The notes beneath the pieces are model-generated. The model saw only the letters and a program-made list of their open reading frames with translations. It was not told the DNA's origin and did not search any database. Position numbers and translations under genes: made by a program. Shown here in pieces: positions 53,790 to 64,000 of a stretch of 64,000 nucleotides of DNA. The stretch comes from Lytechinus pictus (lineage: Eukaryota): NCBI RefSeq assembly GCF_037042905.1, contig NC_087247.1:17980001-18044000 (forward strand), in the 5' to 3' direction. Position 1 is the stretch's first letter. Each line of letters starts with the position of its first letter.

Positions 53790-55554
53790 TAAGACACTTA
53801 ATACGCCGATCAATACGCTTGCTACTTAATATGTAGATCGATTTATCTCTATTAAATTGTCCAGGTACAGTTTTTTCTCGTATGATCTACATGATACGAC
53901 AATGACAGGTACACTTAGTAAATTTCAGCAAATGCGGATGAACCTTATAAAGGTTGGAAAGGGTTAAAATTACAAGCATAATACTTTGACTCCAATATTT
54001 TTTTTCTTTTTCTATATTTTGCCTCATTCTACGATGAACGATATCTCGTTAATGCATTGTGAACATTGTGTATAAAAATATGATGATAATAGGCTGCAAG
54101 ATTGACATGACTTGATTATAATCTATTTTTATATACAGGAACAAATGTATATAGCCAAAAGGTCACTCAGCTTTCCGTGACAGCTCAAGAAGTATGACCA
54201 TGACTATATTTGGCATGGGTAAATTGACCAATCTCCCAATGGACTATTTATACCCTTGTATGTAAAACAAGAATCGGCAAAGGCCTTTTAACCCCCAAAA
54301 TAGCCATTTGAATCGATACGTGCATGTTTCCTTCTTTGTTGGGTGTTTACAGAAAACTCATTTAAGTAGTATGTCGCTCTCCATAAAGCATCATTTTTTT
54401 AGACAAATAGGCCCTACCATGTTTTAAAAATTAACAAAAATATAAAGACACGCTTGTCACTTCCTGATATTTTTTGTAGCGTTACTGAGCGTATCTAGGG
54501 GGTGCAAGGGGGTACGTGCCCTGGGTGCCACTTTAGGGGGCGCATACAAAGAAAAAGAAAACAAAAAACAAAAATGAATGGAGGCGAAGAAAAGGAATAC
54601 CACTGAATGTGATTAATACCCCCGTCCTAAAACGATGTTAATGCAGTTTACAACACATATTGACACTTTCTCGAGAAACAAACATACAAGGATATGCCAA
54701 TTATGATATGAGTAGCATAATTCAAGGAATCGTAGGCATATTTTAACATACCACTCTGAAAAAATATAAAATGTTGATTATTCGAATCAATATAACGAAC
54801 GACGTCATTGTGATTTATTAAGAATTCTTTATGGAATACATTGACACAAAAATCTTGTCTAAAACTAAAACGTCTGTTACACTTTTTTGAAAATCTGCTA
54901 GGATTATTGTCAAAATGCGGCTTTGGTAGTGTTAATGCAGGTGTTCTAAAGTCTCTACTATCCACTGGCGTAAATCCGGTCCGAGAAGTGGGGGGCGATA
55001 ACATTTTATTGACCTGAAAATTCAAAATTTGGGGGATACACCCATGGGTGTCGATCTGTATTCATGGTTGGGGGGAATGACCGACACAAATATTGTTTAC
55101 TGAAAGGGATTTTTTTCTCTTAGTTTGAAGGGGGGGGGGGGTCTTTGGTATTACGAGCCTAACATGTTTAGGGGGCCAGGCATAAAGGGCAAAGTTTATT
55201 ATCTTAAAAGCTGCGAGCGAGCAAAAATTGTGACAATTTTAATACAAAATCTAATTTTGTGATAGACATGATATTTAAAATATGTATCATATTTCTTCTT
55301 TTATTTCTTTCTTTTGTCCTTCTTTCTTGGTTGTGAAACTTTCATGGAGGTCCATGGCCTCCAAACCTCACGTCTGCATGCCATCTAGTGCGGAAGAAGA
55401 AGAACTTAACACCAAAGTTTTAAGTATAATGTTAGCTTTATTTCTACGATACTAGATACTTATAAGGACTATATCAATAATGCGAGCGCGAAGCGTGAGC
55501 TTAAATTTTTTGGAAAAAAATTGACCTGAAAATGAGGCATTTTGAGGACTCTTA

Positions 55555-55721
55555 CACTGTAAAACATGAAGTGCTAATTTAGCACTTACATTGCTTGTAT
55601 AGTGACTGCACGACGAGTGCTTATTTTTTAGTTCAAATTTAAACTAGAAAATCAGCACTCGTAGTGCAGTCACTATACAAGCAATGTAAGTGCTGAATTA
55701 GTACTTCATTTTTTTACATTG
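55555..55721. mobile_element. Palindromic CACTA/EnSpm-like MITE, copy 1
   Basis: cactgtaaaa...ttttacattg; nearly fully self-complementary; 2-bp TA flanks. Confidence 0.8.
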
Positions 55722-55897
55722 TATCGGTTCTCATTGCTACATCCCTTTTATACATTTTTTTAAATCACAATTTTAATTTTTTGATAAATTTTCTTTAGTT
55801 TACGCAATGTTAGCTGTTTCACTGATGCCAGGGCGATGCGCGAGCTGAATTTTTGTGAAACATTGACCTGCATTCCATTGTCAAGCATGCATGCCCA

Positions 55898-56063
55898 CAC
55901 TGTAAAAAATGATTTGCTAATTTAGCACTTAAAGTGCTCGTATAGTGACCGCACTACGAGTGCTGATTTTCTAGTTTAAATTTGAACTAGCAAATCAACA
56001 CTCGTAGTGCAGTCACTATACGAGCACTGTAAGTGCTAAATTAGCACTTCATTTTTTACAGTG
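55898..56063. mobile_element. Palindromic CACTA/EnSpm-like MITE, copy 2
   Basis: cactgtaaaaaa...ttttttacagtg; 2-bp CA flanks. Confidence 0.85.
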
Positions 56064-56626
56064 CACGATCTTCATAATAATTAAATTGCATTATTTATGT
56101 GCATGCAAAGTCAAGTTATTTTCATCAGGTGGAAAGGCGTTCTTACTGAATGCTTATTCAATCTTCTATCAATTTTTCGCAAGACATATTTTTTACATCC
56201 TGGATAAAAACGATCAGTGCCCATAAGCATTAACAATATTGATCTTACTCTGTACAGGCCCGTACAAGGAAAGAGTGCAACTTTTGTATACAAACCGAAT
56301 CTCCAGAGAATTCGCATTTTTGCTCACTTTAAATTTCTTTTTAAATGATATTAGGAAGGACATACCTAACATTTCATCACGTTGATTTTGAGATTGAATA
56401 TAAAAAGATAACAAATAACACATCATTTGGTGATACAGAAGACAGTATGATAAATGAAAATAGTCAAAATGGATTAATAGGGAAAAAAGAGATGGAAAGA
56501 AAACACAGGCCAGTGATCTTGTATGTTTTTGTTTTATGTCAGGAAATAACAGAAGACGAATGTGGGCTTTGGGACAATTAAATTCAACTATAATAATGTG
56601 AATGAATCGTCGAAATGAAATCTTAC

Positions 56627-56814
56627 CAAATCAACCATTGAAATATATAGAAAAAAGCCAGCGGTGATTGCGAAAAGCCACTGTTGGGCGCCCTCTCTCG
56701 TCCCAATAATTATACCTAGATATAAACCTGCGAAGGCTGAACAACCGCTGGCGAAGTTCCAGAACACCGCTCGTCTGTTACTCATTCCATTCTCTATTAA
56801 AACACCAAAGTCAC
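56627..56814 (-). CDS. ZIP transporter exon (TM5 end-TM7): GDFGVLIENGMSNRRAVFWNFASGCSAFAGLYLG...WLFAITAGFFLYISMVDL
   Basis: ag/gtaaga boundaries, 188 nt, phase 1/0; completes HExPHExGD. Confidence 0.95.
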
Positions 56815-56949
56815 CTTTCATAAAGAAGAAATGGGCATAATCCCCAAAGTACATGTTAATATCCTCTAACTGGACAGATCACTAACACTATAGCACACAA
56901 TGTCAAGCATATTGATATATAATATTGAAATGATAAATTGAAATTGATA

Positions 56950-58284
56950 TAAATGTGGAGTACCACAAGTGTCATTACTTGGCCCACTTTTGTTTATTTT
57001 ATTTATCAATGACATCTATCGTTCGTCAAATCTCCTTTCCTTTATCATGTACGCCAAAGATACCAATATTGTTTATTCTGATAAAAATCTTTATCACTTG
57101 TGTGAAACTGTAAATACTGAACTAACAAATGTTTGTAAATGGTTTTGTGCAAACAAGCTTACCATGAACTATACAAAATGCAATTAAATTATATTCCGTA
57201 ACTCTACAAGGCGTATTGATCTTAATCATGTAGTGGTGAAGCTTAACAACCAAATTATTGCCAGAGTTGAAAATACTAGGTTTCTTGGCGTTATCATTGA
57301 TAGTAATTTAAAAGGGATACATCACATAAATGAAATTGAGAACAGAGTTGCAAAAACATTGGAATAATACATCGCCTAAGTTTTTACTTGCCTAAAACTG
57401 TATTGCGTACTTTATATTGCTCTTTAATCTTGCCATATTTTCATTACTGTAATTTGGTCTGGGCTAACACATACCGAACCCATCTTGAAAAATTATGTTC
57501 CCTTCAAAATAGAATTGTACGTATTATATCTCCAGACGACAAGATACCACTAGCGAATACTACAAATTTGTTTCATTCCCTAAACTTGTTGAAATTAGAC
57601 GACAACAAACTTCAACAATGTCATTTTCTCTACAGGTGTTTAAATTCTCAAATTCCACAAAAATTTCGTGATTCATTACGCATGTTTCCAACATACATTA
57701 TTTTGATACCCGCTCAAATAATCAAATATTCATTCCCAAACATAGAAAAATAATCTTCCAACACAACATTCGTTATACTGGCCCCCAAAATATGGAACGA
57801 AATTCCGGATTACATAAAAAAATCTCTATAACTAGCTTAAAGTATTAAAAAAAATGGCTTCTGTCATTTTATATATGAATATTTTCCATCTTACGTTTCC
57901 TTTTGACTTTAAGTTAACATGATAACATGAACCATGGACAATTGTTGTTGTGGCATTTGTATTTATATTTTGCTCCCCACTGATACATTTGTTTTATTTA
58001 GTAATTCATGCCCGCCTCCCCGCTCACGTCTCCCTCTCTCGTTCCCTTTCCTTCTTTTCTTTTCTCTGCCTTTTCCTTCGTATCGTTTTTATTGTATTGT
58101 ATTTTTGTCTATCGGCGTATTCCGCCACAAGCCTCTGCTTTAAGGGTATACGCCTTCTTCTATAAACCCAAGATGTACATCTTTATATTTTTCATAACAA
58201 ATTTATTTTTGTATGAATTGATGTTTACGAAAAATGTTATGAAATGGAAGAAAATAAATGTTTATTTGAATTGAATTGAATGAA
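56950..58284 (+). mobile_element. Decayed, 5'-truncated Crack/CR1-group LINE in ZIP intron, antisense to host
   Basis: KCGVPQVSLLGPLLFILFINDI..YAKDT (RT motifs), LYCSLILPYFHYCNLVWANT, GP-IWN; stops and frameshifts; (TTGAA)n tail. Confidence 0.9.
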
Positions 58285-58772
58285 TTATTTGATACTATTT
58301 GTACGATATTGAAAAAAATGCTGTAAACTGGTGACTGAATTAACTGATTCGGGGAAAAGTGCAATCATCTGTATTTATGCAATACCTGGGAAGTCACACT
58401 CGCTCTTTATTTCACGTTTGTATGTATTATCTCTACCTTATTTTATTCCCTCTACTTTACTAAATTCTTGTTTTTGCCACCACAGTTCCTAGACGAACGG
58501 AAAAAGGGAGAGAGCAGGAAAGGGGGAAATGAAACATGATATAATTTTCTGGATAGTATTTCATAGAATTAGATTTTTGCATTAAAGAGATCTTTTTTTC
58601 TCGCTTCGCTCGCTCCCAGCTTTTTTCAGGAATATTGCTCCATATGCCAATAATGCCTACTCTTCTCAAATGTTCCGCTTGTTACGCTACTGCCCCCATG
58701 CCAACCCCATCTTCTTCAAAATAAATATGCGACACTCCTGTGATTACATAATATGGAAGATAATGTACTTAC

Positions 58773-58925
58773 CAAGCTCATGTGGTATTTCGTGGCACAA
58801 TATAGCAATACTCGTCGATATTCCAACAAATATATTGGATGTGAAAGCCGCTCCTAACACTAAACCATCCATTGCATTGTGTAAGGCATCCCCTAACAGC
58901 ACCATGATCGAAACAGGTGTCAATC
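58773..58925 (-). CDS. ZIP transporter exon (TM4-TM5): [28 protein letters not shown]...[12 protein letters not shown](G)
   Basis: catag/gtaagt boundaries, 153 nt, phase 1/1; HNxxD and LIV-1 CHExPHExG signatures. Confidence 0.97.
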
Positions 58926-59689
58926 CTATGGGAGTTAAAAATGAGAAAAAAGTACTTTCCTTGTCTGCCTTTGAAGATGGAGTTTTCGATGAACGAGACC
59001 CCCCCCCCCCTACACACAATATAAAATCTCGAAGCGCAGGAAATATCTAAAATCTTGAAAGATTCTATATTCTCCAAGCCTTCCTCTTACCTAATTTTAT
59101 CAATTTTTCTTCCTTCACTTATCTTTTATCTTTCTTCCCTTTTCTCCTCTCATTCATTTTCCCCCTCCTCTTCTCTTTACTTTCTTTTCCCCCTATTTAT
59201 GCCGCCAATTTTTACTAGCTTTCTGAATTTATTATTTCGTAAACATTTTTACTTTCTTAACTTAGAGATTGGGTCTAAATGATATAAATCTAGTAAGTGT
59301 TTATGAAATACACTCAGTCTTGTCCGCAAAAAATGTTTGAAATTTCACTGCTAAAAATCCCATAAAACTGTTTTCATTTCAACAATCTTCAAGATAAAAA
59401 CATATATTCAGATAATTCATGAGATATACTAAAAAAGGTTCTGATTAGTTAATATTGAGAGTTCTACTGTAAGTTATTTCTGCTATAATTTGAAATGATT
59501 ACAAAGACTAAAAAAATATCGTAATTGAGATTTTAAAGCTAGTTGTATAGTTGAAACTTCACATCATACTTGATAACTAATATCTATTTCAAAATACTTT
59601 GTCCTGGATCTATACAGTTTTCATTGAAATATCAATTAAACTAAGCGCTCAATATACCAATCTTGTTCAAGTCTAGAATTTGATCGTAC

Positions 59690-59795
59690 CTCTCATAAAA
59701 AACGATCTGTTATCTTCATCCTTTTGTTCTTGAACGAGACTCTCAAAACCTCGATCTTCCGCGTCATTATTGCCATTCATGTTAATCGACAATGG
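59690..59795 (-). CDS. ZIP transporter exon (TM3-4 loop): PLSINMNGNNDAEDRGFESLVQEQKDEDNRSFFMR(G)
   Basis: tttctttcgcag / gtacga, 106 nt, phase 0/1 fits flanking exons. Confidence 0.8.
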
Positions 59796-60723
59796 CTGCG
59801 AAAGAAATGGTCAAGATTACGTAAAATATATAATTATAAGATTTGTTTTAAACTCTCAAAAGCGTAGGTGCACCCGAAAGCACCCTAAATTAAAAAACAA
59901 AATTACTGGTTGGAGTTTGTTTCTATAAAGCGTCTGTATAAACCAAATATCTATGCCAACAGCATGAAATAGAGCCCCGTTTTATACTGATCACAACTAT
60001 CTTTTTTATATTCAAATCTAATAATACCGAATCCTTCATCGGTTTAACATTATTTTCAGTTTCTTTTCTTTGTGATTAAAGGAATAATTTCTTTGTTTCT
60101 TAAATAATTATGAGTAAGAAATGCAATATATTTATGATTATGTTGCTACCAGCAAACTGAACACCACAACTTAAAAAAGCCTTTGAGAGTGATTGTTTTG
60201 ATATTCTATCGTGAAAGGAGATCTTGGACCCCCTTTTATATATAAAACTTGGTACCAATGGCATGTATACAAACAGTGCTATAAGCGACTGGAATAAGAA
60301 TCTTAGTGAATAATACCAAATTTTAATGTTTTCTTATTAAGCGACATAGCGTATTAAATATTATATTGTTCGAAAGAATAGTAAACTATATTTCCCTTTC
60401 CCTTGGCAAGACAAGATTGTGTCTGATATACCAACGCCATGCTAAAGGTATTGAAAACATACTATTTCGATGAGCGTTCTGCTTCATATTTTTAATAGGG
60501 GAAGCAATAAATAAATTAAAAAAAGAATATGTTGAAACACACACTTGATTACATTTTAGAGAGTTCTGTCACGTAACTTTCCACTGATTGTAATAAAAAT
60601 TGACAAATAGATATAAAATCTTTGGTAGAAATTGCCAAAGAACTGCGGCTCTGACTTGATACCAATAACAAGTTTGATAAATGACTTGCTAACATGGCAG
60701 TCATATTGTATTGAAGAGATTAC

Positions 60724-60828
60724 CGTTAAAGTGCTAGGTTCGGGAAGATTTGGAATGCCATTGTCTGTATCATTCAGCCACACTTGCTCTGTTTGTTGGT
60801 TGAATACTGATGTCTTCTCATCGCAATC
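60724..60828 (-). CDS. ZIP transporter exon (TM3-4 loop): DCDEKTSVFNQQTEQVWLNDTDNGIPNLPEPSTLT
   Basis: tttctttcccaaacaag / gtaatc, 105 nt, phase 0/0, open frame. Confidence 0.65.
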
Positions 60829-61258
60829 CTTGTTTGGGAAAGAAATAATATAATTGGTATTATTTTACAGATTGTGAAGAGAATAAATTCAAAGCTCACA
60901 GTAAACACGTGAATAGACCCCCCCCCCACGCTCTTAATCGCAGACGCAGCTTGGGAAGGTTTCACTTACTTTTCTCAATTACACTATGACATCTATCTCT
61001 TTGAATTAGATTTATGAATTCACGTCCATATTCTTCAAGTCCAGTGATATTACATTTGGTAAATGAAATAGCTGAATGCATTCCTATTAAATACAAATTC
61101 CTTCTATTCACATTCACCCTTCTATTAGTAACACAGATATGTATATATTTTAACATAGACTCGCTATCATTGAGTTCAATAATTTATTAAAAAAAATAAG
61201 GAAATTCATATTTTCGGGAGGGGGCGCTAGACTTTTTACATCCAAAGACAATACTTAC

Positions 61259-61495
61259 TTCTACTAATCTTGAACATCTTCTTGTCTCCGCATCTTCACT
61301 TTTCTTTCTGCTAAACAAGACATTCATCAAGGATTCAAATAGAAAGAAGAAGTAAATAGCCCCCAGAACCGTCGCCATTTTGTACATGATATTCATCATA
61401 TCGATCTCAACCAACATCACGCCATGATCGTGATTACCATCTGGAGCATGATGGTCATTTTCGTCATCGTCACCGTGACTGTGAAGACCAATGGC
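61259..61495 (-). CDS. ZIP transporter exon (His-rich TM2-3 loop + TM3): AIGLHSHGDDDENDHHAPDGNHDHG...KMATVLGAIYFFFLFE...
   Basis: tttttgccag / gtaagt, 237 nt, phase 0/0. Confidence 0.92.
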
Positions 61496-61919
61496 CTGGC
61501 AAAAACGGCATAAGAGATAGAAATGTTGATATTAAACAAGAGGAGAATAACAAGAACAAACCCAAGAATACTAAAGCTGTTTAAAAGTTTTTCTGACGTA
61601 TGCGTGACGGAGGCCTTTTGCTAAACTTAAAATCATTTAATTTCCAGATGCCAAATGTGCAAATTGTATAGAGGTAAGTAAATAGGCCTATTAGAATTCC
61701 ATAAACCATAGAGTTGCACATTCCAAACTTAGCTTTGTGATGGTCTTCTTTCTTCTGTATTTCTCTCCCTTTTCACACATACGTTGGTATCCACGCCCCC
61801 TGTGTGACGCCCATAAATGAAGTTCTAACAAACAGATAAAACGTTAAAAACATTTTCAGTGAAATCATTTTTCTTTTGCCTTCATGTGAATGAAATAGTT
61901 CGAGATCCTCCCCATGATG

Positions 61920-62125
61920 GTAAGAAATACTTTTTTTGTGTTGAAGACCTTGTTTTTTGCTTGTCAAATTTTTTCTGGTAAGAAATCCTTTATTTGTGGT
62001 TCAGGACCTTTTTATTTTTTAATTTTTTTCTTTGTTTGTCAAATTTTTTTGTGGTAAGAAATCCTTAATTTGTGGTTGAAGACCTTTTTTTTTTTTTTTT
62101 TTTTTTTTGCTTGTCAAATTTTATC
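61920..62125. repeat. ~60-70-bp minisatellite x3 within a hAT-like element ending near 62186
   Basis: ggtaagaaatcctt..tgtggttgaagacctttt..gcttgtcaaatttt repeated. Confidence 0.8.
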
Positions 62126-63299
62126 GCGGACGAAATATCCTCCAAAATTTTTTACCCCCTTCTGAAAAATCCTAGGTACGCCAGTGCTCTGGCTGTATTC
62201 TGAACTCGTATTTAACTTAGACCAAGGTATAACTCTTTGACGAAGAAGCCGAAAATATCACAAGTAAACTATGTTTAAATTGTTTCTGATCTTTACTTTG
62301 TTCTTCCCCATGCTTAAATGGTGAACAAAAAAAATTGTTAACATTCCCTGCCAGCTGGTTATGAATGAGGTGAATGTCAAATGACATGATAAACTTGTAC
62401 TGTTAAACCACAACTTTATAGTTAGGATAAAACCCGAGCCCAGAATACGTGCCTCTATATTCCGGTCATTCATAAAGTCACGCATTTACGAATAGAATGA
62501 TTTATGGAACATTTTCACGTCCGGGTCATTACGAACTAGGTAATGAAGGCGGGGAGAGTAAAGGACAGAGTAGTATGATGAACATTTACCCAACATTCAC
62601 GGATACTGACTAATTGATCTGTAGGGGACATAAGATGAAAACAGCATGAAATCCAGGGATGAAAAACAAAACGAAGAATTCATTAGAGGAAAGACATGAT
62701 GAGGGGAGTATAGAGAGAGGAAATTAACATTGACTTTACGAGTTTCTTATAAATAGATACAGACCAAAGTCCGAGCAACGCAATCTCATCTCTTAAAGAA
62801 TGCATCATTTTCCGGGAGTACAAGTCATCCCGATCTCAACCCTACAATTTTTTTACCATGTCTTAAATGATATTCTGGCCACAAAGCACACCACTGATAA
62901 GATTATTCGGCTTCAAAATCTCCAATGCTCGTGGTACATCACGAGGTCAAAATTTCCACACTCAACTTCCAAGCCTTGCAGATAATGAATTCTAACTATG
63001 AGCAGGTTGATCTCATCGTGTGGGAATCGTGAATAGATCGTTAAGAGATCGTTGTGAAGGGATCGTGTTGATTAGTTAGAGATCGGTGGATTAATAGGAA
63101 CTAGTATAATTTTGGCTATCCCTGACCACCGGTCGATTTGCCTTTCAATTTTCTTTATCTGTAATTTCTTGTTTCCCCTTCGCCAGAAATGAGATACAAT
63201 ATCGAGTGTATACGATTTCACCATTATCGTTGTAATCATGAGAAGAGGAAGATGAAGAAGAAGAAGAAGAAGAAAGAAGAAGAGAGAAACAAAAATTAC

Positions 63300-63469
63300 C
63301 TGTGGAATAAGATGCATGAGTGCATCTCCCGACATAGTACTGATGGAGAGGGCCACAAAGGCATGTATGACGTATTGTTGCACCGAGTCACTGAGACAGG
63401 GTAGAATAAGAACGGCTAATATTGATGTTGCCGTGATGATGAATACCGCTAGCGTTCCATAACCGTACA
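63300..63469 (-). CDS. ZIP transporter exon (TM1-TM2): YGYGTLAVFIITATSILAV...FVALSISTMSGDALMHLIPQ; upstream exons lie outside the window
   Basis: aaattcag / gtaatt, 170 nt, phase 1/0; YGY..SGDAxxHLIPQ is typical of ZIP12/ZIP4. Confidence 0.95.
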
Positions 63470-64000
63470 CTGAATTTTAAAAGAAGTTGAAAAAGACAGA
63501 AAAAAGGTTTAAAGGTCTTAAAATGATAAAGGTATAGTAAACCAAAGAATCAGTTTGAAAAAAATTAGTCACAACTGGAGCATTCATGACACCCTCCACA
63601 TCGATAAAAGGCCAAACCCACAAAAATCAAGTACTAGTACATTAAAAAAAAACAAAAACAAATACAAATGAACCAGATATAAAAATTAAATCACTATTGA
63701 ATTCAAAATGAGAAATTCTAATAATCATACATATATACTCCATGTCCCTTAAAATGAGAATTAGGCCTTATTAATCACAAGCGAATTAGTATTCAATTTG
63801 AATTCCTTTAATTCGGGTGAAACAACGGGGGGGGGGGGGGGCATCCCACTCCCTCATTCAATTACAAGAAATGATAGCTAAGACTTTCTTTAACAAGATA
63901 AATCATGGTGTAATCTTCCTTTTCTTTTAGTATTATTACGTGATACAACATGCGGAGAATGCTTATGATGTAAACATAGCACCAAAATGGCCATTTTCCT

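Overview
AT-rich, repeat-dense eukaryotic (animal) genomic DNA. The MITE, SINE and LINE landscape looks echinoid (sea-urchin-like), which is an inference. Almost all ORF-track entries are spurious. Two convergent spliced genes can be built by hand. (1) On the + strand, a 5-exon gene (8340-28857) encodes a 122-aa secreted-type precursor with a candidate signal peptide, a 4-Cys peptide ending PA-GKR and an acidic C-terminal region. It is a putative neuropeptide precursor that the ORF track misses almost entirely. (2) On the - strand lie the last 7 coding exons (63469-51568) of a LIV-1-family ZIP zinc transporter, most like SLC39A12/SLC39A4; its 5' part is beyond the window. Inside intron 2 of gene 1, a (TA)n-rich patch (20740-21765) holds a minimal hammerhead ribozyme motif and a tandem/inverted ~400-bp repeat unit containing an intact 72-nt tRNA cloverleaf with a UCA (UGA-reading) anticodon and a T6 terminator. 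The remainder is Tc1/mariner, PIF/Harbinger, hAT, Kolobok-like and CACTA-like non-autonomous elements, a 2.7-kb foldback element, L2/Crack LINE relics, a tRNA-derived SINE, local duplications and a 128-N gap.
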